A stretch of DNA of 64,000 bases from positions 91,149 through 155,148 of the forward strand of contig CAVWIK010000003.1 of NCBI GenBank assembly GCA_963755115.1. Direction: 5' to 3'. Below are positions 18,221 to 28,251 of this stretch, piece by piece. The notes below the pieces were generated by a model. That model saw nothing but the letters and a program-made list of their open reading frames with translations. It made no database searches and was not told the DNA's origin. Each line of letters starts with the position of its first letter. The first letter of the stretch is position 1. Source of the DNA: an uncultured Chloroflexia bacterium. GTDB taxonomy: Bacteria > Chloroflexota > Limnocylindria > Limnocylindrales > CSP1-4. The translations under genes and the position numbers were made by a program.

Positions 18221-19039
18221 CTACGTGCGCGCCGACGCGAAGACGATCGGGAAGCGCATCGTGAGCTCGGCGTCCGACAGCTCGCTCAATCGGTCGTGTA
18301 GGCCCCGCAGCAGGCGCTCGCGCGTGTCCGGCGCCATCTCCGCGATCAGGGTCTCCTCGTCGAACTCGACCAGGAAGGCGATGTAGCCCTCGACGGTGAA
18401 GCGGTGCTCGAGCCACCCCGGGCTCGCCTCGACATCGCGGAACCCCGCCCGGCGATGCTCGCGCGCGGCGCGCTCGACCGATTCGAAGTCCCCCGACCGA
18501 TGGTCCGGCTCGCGCGCGCCCACGTCGACCTCGTCGAGGAGGTCGTCGAAGATCGCATCGGGTTCGAACGCGCGCGTGTCGGCGACCCACGTGACCGAGT
18601 CGAAGGTGCCGCCCCGCCGAAGCACCCGCCGGATCTCCCGGAGTGCTCGGTGACGGTTCGGGACGAGCTGGAGGACGAAGGACGAGAGGGCAAGGTCGAA
18701 GGCCCCATCGTCGAAGGGGAGATGATCGGCCGGCGCGACCTCCGTGCGGAACCCTCGTCGGAGGTCGGGCGCGAGCCGGCGGTCCGCCTCGATCCCGGCC
18801 ATCGCGCACATCTCGCCCGACGCATCGGCCCCGACGACCGACACGGACGGCCAGCGCTCGAGCGCCCCGAGCGCGAGCTGTCCCGTCCCGGTGCCGACAT
18901 CGAGGATCTGCTGTACCGAGCCGTCGACGTGCCCACCGATCCGGTCGAGGAGCGCATCGACGGCCGGTGCCAGCACCGGCGCCCACCAGCGGGCGTACCC
19001 GGCGGCGATCCGGTCATACCGTTCGGCCTGGTCGGTCAT
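18221..19039 (-). CDS. Class I SAM-dependent methyltransferase
   Basis: Motif I 'ILDVGTGTGQLAL' and post-I 'VVGADAS', followed by 'FDLALSSFVLQLV..ALREIRRVLRRGG'. Confidence 0.85.
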   Translation of the reverse strand: MTDQAERYDRIAAGYARWWAPVLAPAVDALLDRIGGHVDGSVQQILDVGTGTGQLALGALERWPSVSVVGADASGEMCAMAGIEADRRLAPDLRRGFRTEVAPADHLPFDDGAFDLALSSFVLQLVPNRHRALREIRRVLRRGGTFDSVTWVADTRAFEPDAIFDDLLDEVDVGAREPDHRSGDFESVERAAREHRRAGFRDVEASPGWLEHRFTVEGYIAFLVEFDEETLIAEMAPDTRERLLRGLHDRLSELSDAELTMRFPIVFASART

Positions 19040-19078
19040 CTCGGGCGCATGGTGCCACGCGCCCGGATGGCCGGGAGG

Positions 19079-20042
19079 TCAGCCTTCGCTGGCGATCGGG
19101 GCCGGCGGCGTCGCGGGTGGCGCGGGCGGCATGGGCGGCATCGGTTGGGACGAGCGTCGGATGACGCCCGTTCGGCGGAGGAACCAGATCACGATCCCGC
19201 CGAGCACGCCGAGCACGATGAGGATCGGCAGCCAGACGATCGCGAACCAGATCCCGGCACTCGCGAGGCCCTGGAGGATGCCGACCATGCTCGCCGACGC
19301 CTCGTCGACGACGGACGTTGGATCCCAGCCCTTCTGGGCGACCTCGACCGCCACGACCGGCACGCCGAAGGTGACCGTCAGGGTGGCGAGATCGGCACGA
19401 TTGCCGAGGTCGACGCGCTGCGCCGTGAGCTCCTCGATCTGACCGCGCACGTCCGTGAGCTGCGCCTGGACCTCGAGGACATCCGAGACCTTGATGGCCT
19501 TGGCCGCGATGCCCTGGAGTGCGGTCTCGCTCGCGCGCAGGTTCCGGATCCGCGCATCGAGATCGATGATCTGGCCGGTCACCTCGACGGCCTGCGTCTG
19601 CTCCGCGACGACCTTCGTGGTCTGGCCGTTCAGGGCTCGCAACGCGGCCAGCGCGTCCTCCCAGTGGTCGACAGGGATGCGGTACGTGATCTCCGCCACG
19701 GGCTGGTCGCCGTCGTTCGACGTGTTCGAGGCCCCGACGTACCCGCCCATCGCGCGGATGGCCGCGCGGGCGGTAGCGACGGCCGTCGGGACGTCCTTCA
19801 CCTCGAGCTGCATGGTCCCGGTCCGGACGATCTTGGCATCGTCGACGGCGCCGACGGCGTCGCCTCCGCCGGTGGTGCCGACGGCCGAGTCTGCGGCCTC
19901 AGCGGGCGCCGGCGCCGCGCTCGAGGCCGCACTCGGGGCGGCGGCTCCCGCATAGCTGCTGTCGTCGACGGGGCCGCCGACCGTCGAGAGGATCTGCGCG
20001 CTCCCGCTCGGAGGAGCAGGCCGCCGCGACGAGCGCGAGCAT
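19079..20042 (-). pseudogene. DUF4349-family lipoprotein with C-terminal TM, one frame switch near 20005
   Basis: Lipobox start 'MLALVAAACSS' (ATG 20042) is in one frame. The body 'IVRTGTMQLEVKDVPTAVATARAAIRAMGGYVGASN', a coiled-coil region and the TM 'IWFAIVWLPILIVLGVLGGIVIWFL' are in the frame of track ORF 19079..21247. Confidence 0.65.
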
Positions 20043-20260
20043 GGCGACAGGACGAGGATCGCCGGCCGTCCCGGCCGGGAAGAGAAGGATCTGGGCATCT
20101 CGTTGGCCTCCGTGGCCTCCGGGCCTCGCCGACGGCCAACACCGCCGGGCGGGCAGGCCAGTGACGCCCATCCGATGCGGTGGGTTCCGCGGCGACACAA
20201 TGCCCTGGCCGCACTCGCCGCCATCCCCTGACGCCGAGCCCACCGCCGTACACTCGCGTC

Positions 20261-21355
20261 ATGGCGCTCGACCTCCCGTTCCAGCCGCCCATCGAGCCGA
20301 TGCTGGCGAAGCCGTCCGACGGGCTGCCCACGGACGAGGGCTGGCTGTTCGAGCCGAAGTGGGACGGCTTCCGGGCACTCGTGTTCCGCGACGGCAACGA
20401 GGTGTATACGCAGTCGCGCGACCTGAAGCCGCTCGATCGGTACTTCCCGGAGCTCGCGGACCCGCTGCGGGCCGCGCTGCCCGAGCGGTGCGTGCTCGAC
20501 GGCGAGATCGTCATCGCCCGCGACGGCGGCCTCGATTTCGAGGCGCTGCTCCTGCGGATCCATCCGGCCGCGTCGCGGGTGCAGATGCTCGCCGAGGAGT
20601 CGCCGGCGAGCTATGTCGCCTGGGACCTGCTCGCCCTCGGCGACGAGGACCTGCGCGAGACCCCGCAGGCGGAGCGCCGCGCGCGCCTCGAGGCGGTGCT
20701 GGGCGCGGCGGCGCCGCCGATCCACCTGACGCCGGCGACGCACGACCGCGCGACCGCCGCCGACTGGTTCGACCGGTTCGAGGGCGCGGGGCTCGACGGC
20801 GTCGTCGCCAAGCGGCTCGATGCCCCCTACCAGCCCGGCAAGCGCGCGATGCTCAAGATCAAGCACCAGCGCACGGCCGACTGCGCGGTCGCGGGGTTCC
20901 GCTGGCACAAGAACGGTCCGGGCACGCACATCGGGTCGCTGCTGCTCGGCCTGTTCGACGACGCCGGCACGCTCCACCACGTCGGCGTGACGTCGTCGTT
21001 CTCGTGGGAGCGCCGGGCGGCGCTCACCGACGAGCTCGCACCGCTGCGCGACGATGCCCTCGTCGACCATCCGTGGCGCGACTGGGCCGATTGGGCGGGC
21101 TACGGGGAGGCCGACGCCTCGGGCCAGCGGCTGCCTGGTGCGACATCGCGCTGGAATCGTGGCAAGGACCTGTCGTGGGAGCCGCTCCGGGTCGAGCGCG
21201 TCGCCGAGGTCGCGTACGACCACCTGCAGGGCGACCGCTTCCGCCACGGCACCACCTTCAAGCGCTGGCGTCCGGACAAGTCGCCCGCCGACTGCCGGTA
21301 CGACCAGCTCGAGGAGACCGCCCCGTTCGAGATCGCCCGGATCTTCGGCGCGTGA
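20261..21355 (+). CDS. ATP-dependent DNA ligase, stand-alone LigC-like
   Basis: Adenylation motif 'FEPKWDGFRAL', then 'LDGEIV', 'YVAWDLL', 'LDGVVAKRLDAPYQPGKR..MLKIK' and OB-fold tail 'FRHGTTFKRWRPDK'. ATG at 20261. Confidence 0.9.
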   Translation: MALDLPFQPPIEPMLAKPSDGLPTDEGWLFEPKWDGFRALVFRDGNEVYTQSRDLKPLDRYFPELADPLRAALPERCVLDGEIVIARDGGLDFEALLLRIHPAASRVQMLAEESPASYVAWDLLALGDEDLRETPQAERRARLEAVLGAAAPPIHLTPATHDRATAADWFDRFEGAGLDGVVAKRLDAPYQPGKRAMLKIKHQRTADCAVAGFRWHKNGPGTHIGSLLLGLFDDAGTLHHVGVTSSFSWERRAALTDELAPLRDDALVDHPWRDWADWAGYGEADASGQRLPGATSRWNRGKDLSWEPLRVERVAEVAYDHLQGDRFRHGTTFKRWRPDKSPADCRYDQLEETAPFEIARIFGA

Positions 21356-22338
21356 CGCTCCGGCTCGGCCTGGTCGGGGCCGGCTGGATCGCCGGAACGC
21401 ACGTCCGGGCGCTGGCCCGGCTCGGCCGGACGGAGCTCGTCGGGATCGTCTCCGGCTCGACCGACGGTACGGCCCGGGCCGCAGCCGCCTGGGGCGGACG
21501 ACCGTTCCCCGACCTCGAGACCATGCTCGACGACGGGCGGCCGGACGTCGTCTACGTCTGCGTGCCGCCCCATCGGTCCGTGGCGATCTGCGAGCGGCTC
21601 GTCGAGCGCGGTATCCCGTTCCTCGTCGAGAAGCCGCTCGCCGCGGCCGACGCGGACGGGCCAGTGCGAGTCGCCGCGGCGATCGAACGGGCCGGGCTCG
21701 TCGTCGCGGTCGGCTACCACTGGCGCGGGCTGGACCTGCTCCCGGCGATCCGCGAGCGGCTGGCCGAGCGACCGGCGCGGCTCGTCATCGCCCGCTGGCT
21801 GGACCGCACCCCGCCGCCCGCATGGTGGGGTCGGATCGACGAGGGCGGCGGGCAGGTCATCGAACAGGCGACCCATCTGGTCGACCTGGCGCGACACCTG
21901 GTCGGCGAGGCGGAGGTGGTCGGGGCGACCTCGACGCGCGACCCGGCCGCCTCGCCGCCCGAGGTGGAGGTCGCTGATGCGACCGCAGCGACCCTGCGGT
22001 TCGCGAGCGGCGCGGTCGGTTCGTTCACGACGACGCGACGGATCGTCGCGCCGATCATCGAGCTCGCGATCGCGTCGGACGGCCTGATGACGACGCTCGC
22101 GCTCGAGCAGACCGAGGGGCCGACCGGGGACCCGGGCGCCTGGGTGGTTCGATTCGAGGGCGAGGGCGCCCCGCTCGACCGGCGCGCGACCCGCGACCCG
22201 TACGAGGTCCAGGCCGAGGCCTTCCTCGATGCGGTCGAGGCGGGCGACCCGACCCGGGTGCTCTCGACCTACGCGGATGCGCTCAGGACGGACCGGCTGA
22301 CCCGGGCGATCGTCGCCGCCACGGGGGCCCCGGCCTAG
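21352..22338 (+). CDS. Gfo/Idh/MocA-family NAD(P)-dependent oxidoreductase
   Basis: 'LRLGLVGAGWIAGTHVRAL' Rossmann start and 'FLVEKPLA' motif. The GTG at 21352 overlaps the ligase stop (GTGA). Confidence 0.8.
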   Translation: MTLRLGLVGAGWIAGTHVRALARLGRTELVGIVSGSTDGTARAAAAWGGRPFPDLETMLDDGRPDVVYVCVPPHRSVAICERLVERGIPFLVEKPLAAADADGPVRVAAAIERAGLVVAVGYHWRGLDLLPAIRERLAERPARLVIARWLDRTPPPAWWGRIDEGGGQVIEQATHLVDLARHLVGEAEVVGATSTRDPAASPPEVEVADATAATLRFASGAVGSFTTTRRIVAPIIELAIASDGLMTTLALEQTEGPTGDPGAWVVRFEGEGAPLDRRATRDPYEVQAEAFLDAVEAGDPTRVLSTYADALRTDRLTRAIVAATGAPA

Positions 22339-22369
22339 GTCGCTGCGCCGTCCCGGACGTGATCGCGGA

Positions 22370-23872
22370 TCATGTCCCGGCGTCCGGCTCTCGTCCCGGC
22401 TCCGGCGTCGTCTTCGCGGTCTTGGTCCGCGGCGCGCGCTCGAGCTGGCCGGCGCGATCCGGCCACTCGTAGCCGGCCCATGGGTCGTAGTCCACCTCGA
22501 GCTCGGCCTGGGCCGGCCGCTCTCCCTCCGGGACGTGGATGAGGTTGACCCGGACCCGATACCAGAGCGACGAGCGGCCGCGCATCCCGTCGACGAGCAC
22601 GTCGGCGGGCTCGAGGAGCGCCGCGACCTCGGGGTAGCGTGCCTTCCACCGCTCGAGGCCATCGAGCGCCTCGGCCTTCGTCGCGGCGCGGCTGATCTCG
22701 ATGACCGGGATGGACGTCTTGCGACGGCCGGTCGGCGTCGGGCGCGAGCCTGCCCACTCGGTCGGCAGGCCGGCGTTCGGGTCGCCGGCGGCCACCGCCG
22801 CCGCACGCTCCGCGGCGACCTCGGGCGGCGGCCCGCCGGCCTCCCCGCGGCCCGGTTCGTACTCGTCGGGCTTCTTGCGCGCCTTCGAGGGCTGGACCCG
22901 CGGCGGCTCACCGGCCTGCTTCGCATAGTTCGGCGGCCACGGCGCGTCGCCGAGACCGTCGCGCTCGTGTCGACGCGAGAGCTCGAGGAGGGCCTCGAGC
23001 GATCCGACCGCGTCATCGATGCCGGCGCCGGGATCGCCGATCTCCGCGTATCGCGCCGGGACGGTGGCGAGCGTGAACGCCTCGGCCTCGACCGTCGGCA
23101 CCTCGTCCCACGACAGCGGCGTCGAAACGCGCGCATCCGGGAGCGGCCGGACCGAGTAGGCCGACGCCACGGTCCGGTCCTTGGCGTTCTGGTTGTAGTC
23201 GAGGAAGACGCCGTGCCGCTCCTCCTTCCACCACTTCGAGGTGGCCGCCCCGGGGAGCCGCTGCTCGACGTCGCGTGCCAAGGCCAGTGCCGCGCGGCGG
23301 ACCTCCGGGTAGGTCCAGCGGCGCTCGATCCGGACGTTGATGTGGATCCCGCGCGACCCGGAGGTCTTCGGCCAGCCGACGAGACCGACGGCCTCGAGGG
23401 CCTCACGCGTCCCGAGCGCCACCTCGCGGATCTGGGACCAGGGCACGCCCGGCACCGGGTCGAGGTCCACCCGCAGCTCGTCGGGATGGTCGAGGTCGTC
23501 CGCCCGAACCGGGTGGGGGTTGAGGTCGATGCAGCCGAGGTTCACGACCCAGGCCAGGCCCGCGGCCTCGTCGAGGACGATCTCGTCGGCCGTCCGACCC
23601 GACGGGAACGTCAGCTCCGCCGTGCGGATCCACTCCGGCCGGTTGTCGGGGGCACGCTTCTGGAAGAACGCCTCGCCCCCGGCCCCGTCGACGAACCGCT
23701 TGAGCGCCATCGGCCGGCCCGCGACGCCGCGGAGGGCCCCGTCGGCGACGGCGAGGTAGTAGTTGACGAGGTCGAGCTTGGTGTACCCGGTCTCCGGGAA
23801 ATAGACCTTCTGCGGGTTGGAGATCGCCACCTCGCGGTCGTTGATCCGGAGGATCTCCTTCGGCGTCGCCAT
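22370..23872 (-). CDS. LigD-polymerase-domain-like primase-polymerase (Prim-Pol) with a ~200-aa C-terminal extension
   Basis: 'VAISNPQKVYFPETGYTKLDLVNYY', 'RVDLDP', 'KTSGSRGIHINV' and 'VFLDYNQNAKDRTVASAYSVRP'. ATG at 23872 ('MATPKEIL'). Confidence 0.85.
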   Translation of the reverse strand: MATPKEILRINDREVAISNPQKVYFPETGYTKLDLVNYYLAVADGALRGVAGRPMALKRFVDGAGGEAFFQKRAPDNRPEWIRTAELTFPSGRTADEIVLDEAAGLAWVVNLGCIDLNPHPVRADDLDHPDELRVDLDPVPGVPWSQIREVALGTREALEAVGLVGWPKTSGSRGIHINVRIERRWTYPEVRRAALALARDVEQRLPGAATSKWWKEERHGVFLDYNQNAKDRTVASAYSVRPLPDARVSTPLSWDEVPTVEAEAFTLATVPARYAEIGDPGAGIDDAVGSLEALLELSRRHERDGLGDAPWPPNYAKQAGEPPRVQPSKARKKPDEYEPGRGEAGGPPPEVAAERAAAVAAGDPNAGLPTEWAGSRPTPTGRRKTSIPVIEISRAATKAEALDGLERWKARYPEVAALLEPADVLVDGMRGRSSLWYRVRVNLIHVPEGERPAQAELEVDYDPWAGYEWPDRAGQLERAPRTKTAKTTPEPGREPDAGT

Positions 23873-24011
23873 GCACGAAACCATACGCCGCCGCGGTGGC
23901 ATCGGACGCGGGGAGTAGATTCACCGCTCGGAGGTCGTCGATTCCGACGCGGTCCGTTCGTCGTGATGGTGACGGTCCGACCGCGGCCGACGACGCCACA
24001 GGAGGCCTGCG

Positions 24012-24404
24012 ATGCGCTACGCGCTGCTGATCTACACCACCGAGCCGACCGAGGCCGTCCCGGAGGAGGCCATCGCCGCCGAGACCGCCGGGTACGACGC
24101 GTTCACCCGGGACATCCGGGCGCGCGGGATCTTCGACGCCGGCGAGGCCCTCCATCCGACGTCGACGGCCACGACCGTCCGGGTCCGCGACGGTCGGGTC
24201 ATCGCGACCGACGGCCCGTTCGCCGAGACGAAGGAGGCGCTCGGCGGGATCTACATCGTGTCCGCGGCCGACCTCGACGAGGCGATCGCGCTGGCCGCCC
24301 GGCTCCCGGGGGCGCTCCACGGGTCCATCGAGGTGCGCCCGATCCTCGAGCTGCCCTCGATGTCCGCGGACCCGCGCTCGACCGAGGCGGTCGGGGCGAA
24401 CTGA
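24012..24404 (+). CDS. YciI-like (DGPF-domain) protein
   Basis: 'MRYALLIYTTEP...TTVRVRDGRVIATDGPFAETKEALGGIYIV' contains the DGPF signature. RBS-like AGGAGG lies upstream. Confidence 0.8.
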   Translation: MRYALLIYTTEPTEAVPEEAIAAETAGYDAFTRDIRARGIFDAGEALHPTSTATTVRVRDGRVIATDGPFAETKEALGGIYIVSAADLDEAIALAARLPGALHGSIEVRPILELPSMSADPRSTEAVGAN

Positions 24405-24425
24405 GCGGGACCTCCGGTCGAACGC

Positions 24426-25724
24426 TTGACCCGCCCGGACCCCACACGCGAGGTCGTCGACCGGCTGTTCCGGGAGGAATCCGGGCGTGCCGTCGCGACC
24501 CTCATCCGTGTCCTGGGTGACTTCGACCTCGCCGAGGAGGTCGTCCAGGAGGCCTTCATGGCGGCGCTCGAGACGTGGCCGGTCCGCGGCGTGCCCGACA
24601 ACCCCGGTGCCTGGATCACCACGACGGCCCGCAACCGCGCGATCGACCGGCTGCGTCGCCAGCGCCGCTTCGCCGAGCGGCAGGCGGCGCTGGCCCACGA
24701 CGCGGTCCTCGATGCGGAGCGGCAGGAAGCCGCGCTGATCGCGACCGCGGAGGATCTCATGGATCCCATCCCCGACGACCAGCTCCGCCTCGTCTTCACG
24801 TGCTGCCACCCGGCCCTGCCGATGGATGGCCGGGTGGCGCTGACCCTGCGCACGCTGGGCGGGCTCACGACACCCGAGATCGCGCGGGCCTTCCTCGTCC
24901 CGGAGCCCACGCTCGCGCAGCGGCTCGTGCGTGCCAAGCGGAAGATCCGCGATGCCGGGATCCCGTACCGGGTGCCCCCGGCCGAGCTGCTGCCGGAGCG
25001 CCTCGACGGCGTGCTCAAGGTCCTGTACTTGATCTTCAACGAGGGATACGCGGCGACCTCGGGCGATGCCCTCATCCGGCGCGAGCTGTGTGCCGACGCG
25101 ATCCGGATGGCCCGGGTCGTCGTCGGGCTGCTCCCCGATGCGCCCGAGGCGACCGGGCTGCTGGCTCTGCTGCTGCTCCACGACGCCCGGCGCGACGCGC
25201 GCATCGCCGATGGCGGGGAGATCGTGCTGCTCGAGGACCAGGATCGCGCGCGCTGGGACCACGTCCGGATCGAGGAGGGCCGGGCCCTCGTCGAGCAGGC
25301 GCTGGCCGCCGGAGATCCGGGGCCGTACCAGGTCCAGGCGGCCATCGCGGCGCTCCACGACGAGGCCGTCGACCCCGCGTCCACCGACTGGGTCCAGATC
25401 GCCACGCTCTACCACGCGCTGCTCCGCATGACCCCGTCACCGGTGGTCGAGCTCAACCTCGCGGTCGCGGTGGCGATGGCGGACGGGCCGGCGGTCGGGC
25501 TCGCGATGATGGACGGGATCGCGGCCGGCGGCGACCTCGAGGGCTATCCCTACCTCCATTCCGCGCGTGCCGACATGCTCCGCCGGCTCGAGCGGTGGAC
25601 CGAGGCGGCCGACGCCTACCGGCGCGCCATCGCCCTCACGACGAATGCGCCCGAACGGGCCTTCCTCGAGCGGCGGCTCGGCGAGGTCACCGCCCGCAGC
25701 ACCGATCCCGGTCACCGCCACTGA
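24426..25724 (+). CDS. ECF-type sigma-70 factor with a long C-terminal (TPR-like) extension
   Basis: Region 2 '[42 protein letters not shown]', region 4 '[36 protein letters not shown]', then about 230 further aa. TTG start. Confidence 0.85.
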   Translation: MTRPDPTREVVDRLFREESGRAVATLIRVLGDFDLAEEVVQEAFMAALETWPVRGVPDNPGAWITTTARNRAIDRLRRQRRFAERQAALAHDAVLDAERQEAALIATAEDLMDPIPDDQLRLVFTCCHPALPMDGRVALTLRTLGGLTTPEIARAFLVPEPTLAQRLVRAKRKIRDAGIPYRVPPAELLPERLDGVLKVLYLIFNEGYAATSGDALIRRELCADAIRMARVVVGLLPDAPEATGLLALLLLHDARRDARIADGGEIVLLEDQDRARWDHVRIEEGRALVEQALAAGDPGPYQVQAAIAALHDEAVDPASTDWVQIATLYHALLRMTPSPVVELNLAVAVAMADGPAVGLAMMDGIAAGGDLEGYPYLHSARADMLRRLERWTEAADAYRRAIALTTNAPERAFLERRLGEVTARSTDPGHRH

Positions 25725-25736
25725 GTCCCGCCGCGT

Positions 25737-26552
25737 TTGCGGCGGCCGCTCGCGAGGCGGTACTCTCTGGACACCCACGCGATCCCTCGGCGCGGACCAT
25801 CGCGCCGGTCACCGTCGCGCCGGCGCGCCGGCACAAGGAGTCGATCCATCCTCGCCCGTCTGAAGCGCGTCCTGCGCCCGCTGCGTCCGGTCCTCCGGCC
25901 GATCTGGGTCCGCATCCGCCCATTCGTCGAGCCGACGCGACCGCCGAAGCCACCGCCGCAGGTGTGGACCGGCCCGACGCTGTCGGCCGCGGCGCTCGCC
26001 GCACCGATCCGGGTCATCACCGGACCCGAGTTCCTGGACGCCGCGAAGCGAACGCCCAAGTACTACCGCGGACGCGCGGGCTACATGTCGGTCGCCGCGA
26101 CCGCCGCGGAGCAGCTGATCGAGACCTATGGACTGCGGACGGCGCTCGAGCTCGGCCCGCACCTGCGTCCCCTGGTCGTCGGGGCGGATGTCATGGACTA
26201 CCGCGAACTCCCGGACCTCGAGGTCCCGGCCAAGGTCATCCTCCACGACGCGCGGAAGACGCCGTGGCCGATGGAGGACGACGCCTACGACCTGTTCGTC
26301 GGCCTCCAGGTGTTCGAACACCTCGTCGGGAGCCAGAACGAGGCCTTCCAGGAGGTCCGTCGGGTCGCCAAGCACGCCGTGATCTCGCTGCCCATCGACT
26401 GGGTCATGAAGGACCCGACGAACAGCCACCACCAGATCTCCAACGAGCGGGCCCTGACCTGGTTCGCACCCGTCGTTCCGACACGGATCGAGGTCGGGAA
26501 CCCGGGCCCGGGCAAGCGGCTGGTCTACGTGTTCGAGAACCTCAACCCGTAG
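25737..26552 (+). CDS. Hypothetical protein with a methyltransferase-like core; start uncertain
   Basis: 'ALELGPHLRPLVVGADVMD' and 'YDLFVGLQVFEHLVGSQNEAFQEVRRVAKHAVISLP' resemble the Methyltransf_11/23 layout. An AAGGAG at 25831 suggests a later, non-canonical start. Confidence 0.5.
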   Translation: MRRPLARRYSLDTHAIPRRGPSRRSPSRRRAGTRSRSILARLKRVLRPLRPVLRPIWVRIRPFVEPTRPPKPPPQVWTGPTLSAAALAAPIRVITGPEFLDAAKRTPKYYRGRAGYMSVAATAAEQLIETYGLRTALELGPHLRPLVVGADVMDYRELPDLEVPAKVILHDARKTPWPMEDDAYDLFVGLQVFEHLVGSQNEAFQEVRRVAKHAVISLPIDWVMKDPTNSHHQISNERALTWFAPVVPTRIEVGNPGPGKRLVYVFENLNP

Positions 26553-27228
26553 GTCGCGTCGCCTCGCGCTCGGTCGCCAGGCTCTCGATGCGGAGCACGC
26601 GGACCTCCTTGGACCCGGCATCCTCGAGGTCGATCGTAGTCGGGACCGTGTACGTCGCGAGCGTCGCCAGCCCGCTCGCCGGCAGGTAGACCCGTCCGAG
26701 GTCGCCGGTCAGCACGGTGGCGCCACGACCGGCGAGCGAACGGAGCCACGGCTCCATCCGGGCCGCGAGCTCGGGCTCGTACCAGAGGTCGCCGACGAGG
26801 ACGACCTCCCAGCCGTCGTCCGTGCCGGCCGGGTCCTCCTCGCGCACCTCGAGCTCGACCCCGTTCGCCTCGGCGTTGAGCCGGCACGCCTCGACGGCGT
26901 AGGCCTCGATGTCGATGGCGACGACCGAACGGGCACCGGCCAGCGCCGCGGCGATGGCGACGATCCCGCCGCCGGTCCCGATGTCGACGACCGAGCGTCC
27001 GCGGACCGCGTCCGGGTGGTCGAGCACGAAGCGCGCCAGCGCCTGGCCGCCCGCCCAGGGCCACGCCCAGTACGGCGGCGGGACGGCGGGCCGCATGTCG
27101 GCGAGCGCGGCCGCCTCCCAGAGCGGCATCGACTCGCCCCCGATCCGCAGGCGGATCTCCGGGACGATCGGGGCCACGCCCTCGACCGTGTGGTCGGCGA
27201 TGAAGGTGCGTCGCTCGTCGGGTGTCAC
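26542..27228 (-). CDS. Class I SAM-dependent methyltransferase (PrmA / protein-lysine MTase-like)
   Basis: 'WPWAGGQALARFVL', motif I 'VVDIGTGGGIVAIAAALAGARSVVAIDIE', and 'VLVGDLWYE'. Confidence 0.8.
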   Translation of the reverse strand: MTPDERRTFIADHTVEGVAPIVPEIRLRIGGESMPLWEAAALADMRPAVPPPYWAWPWAGGQALARFVLDHPDAVRGRSVVDIGTGGGIVAIAAALAGARSVVAIDIEAYAVEACRLNAEANGVELEVREEDPAGTDDGWEVVLVGDLWYEPELAARMEPWLRSLAGRGATVLTGDLGRVYLPASGLATLATYTVPTTIDLEDAGSKEVRVLRIESLATEREATRPTG

Positions 27229-27261
27229 ACCGTCAGTGTGCCCGACGGCGGCGCCCCCGGC

Positions 27262-28251
27262 CTACGGCAGGCGGCCGAACCAGAGCGCCGACAGCCCGGC
27301 TCCCGCGACGACGAGCACGAGCGCGGCGGCCGCGAAGAAGACCGTGACCTCCTGCGTCTCGTCGGTGTACCCGACCCGCGACTGCAGGTTGTCGTAGACC
27401 GCCTGGAGATCGCTCGCGGTGGGCGCATCGAACGCGATGGCATTCGTCGTCTCGGCGATCTTGGCGAGCGTCTCGGTGTCCGGCGGGACCTCGAGGGTCG
27501 TGGGCTGGCCGTTCTCGTCGGGGACCGTGACCTCGCCGCTGGGCGTCCCGAGCGCGATCGTGTAGATCGGCACGTTCATCTTGGCGGCGCGGTCGGCGGC
27601 GTCGAGCGGATCGGCCGTGCCGGTCGAGTTCGCCCCGTCGGACAGGAGGATCGAGGCGACGAGCGGCTGGCCCGACGGCGCGTCGACCGGCGAGCTCTTC
27701 GCGTCGCTCGTCTGGACCGTTTGCGCCAGGTCGAGCACCTGCATGAGCGCATCGCCCATGGCGGTCCCGTCCCGCGGCTTCAGCCCGTCGATGGCGGCCT
27801 TCAGGGCGCTGCGGTCGGTCGTCGGCTCGAGCAGGGTGTGCGGCTCGGACGCGAAGGCCACAAGGCCGACGCGGATCTGGGCCGGGAGCTGCGCGATGAA
27901 CGATTCGGCGGCGGCCTGCGCGGCCGCGAGCCGGGTCGGCGCGACGTCGGTCGCCTTCATCGAGCCCGAGACGTCGATGGCGAGGACGACGGTGGCGTCC
28001 TCGCGCGGCGTCGCGAGCACCATCGTCGGGCGGGCGAGCGCGAGCGCGAGCGCCGCCACGGCGCCGAGGTAGATGACGGCCGGAACGTGCCGCCGCCAGG
28101 CCGGGCGACGGGGCGCGAGGTTCGCGAGCAGGTCCAGGTTCGTGAACCGGACGGCATACCGGGTCCGCCGACGCTGGACCAGGAGATACAGCCCGGCCAG
28201 GGCCGGCACGAGCAGCAGGCCGAGGAGGAGGAGCGGGGCAAGGAAGGTCAT
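27262..28251 (-). CDS. VWA-domain membrane protein (BatA-like)
   Basis: N-terminal TM 'MTFLAPLLLLGLLLVPALAGLYLL', MIDAS 'LAIDVSGSM', 'TAMGDAL' and a C-terminal TM. The ATG at 28251 overlaps the DUF58 stop (ATGA). Confidence 0.85.
   Translation of the reverse strand: MTFLAPLLLLGLLLVPALAGLYLLVQRRRTRYAVRFTNLDLLANLAPRRPAWRRHVPAVIYLGAVAALALALARPTMVLATPREDATVVLAIDVSGSMKATDVAPTRLAAAQAAAESFIAQLPAQIRVGLVAFASEPHTLLEPTTDRSALKAAIDGLKPRDGTAMGDALMQVLDLAQTVQTSDAKSSPVDAPSGQPLVASILLSDGANSTGTADPLDAADRAAKMNVPIYTIALGTPSGEVTVPDENGQPTTLEVPPDTETLAKIAETTNAIAFDAPTASDLQAVYDNLQSRVGYTDETQEVTVFFAAAALVLVVAGAGLSALWFGRLP

Noticed and set aside
19079-23406. Track ORFs 19079..21247 (722 aa), 20041..22338 (765 aa) and 21100..23406 (768 aa)
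   Set aside because: These are read-through or shadow ORFs. Only their terminal portions correspond to real genes (DUF4349 and the Gfo/Idh/MocA oxidoreductase). The rest is antisense or out of frame relative to the ligase and Prim-Pol genes.
23403-25415. 670-aa and 384-aa minus-strand ORFs
   Set aside because: They are antisense to the YciI-like and ECF sigma genes and have no motifs.
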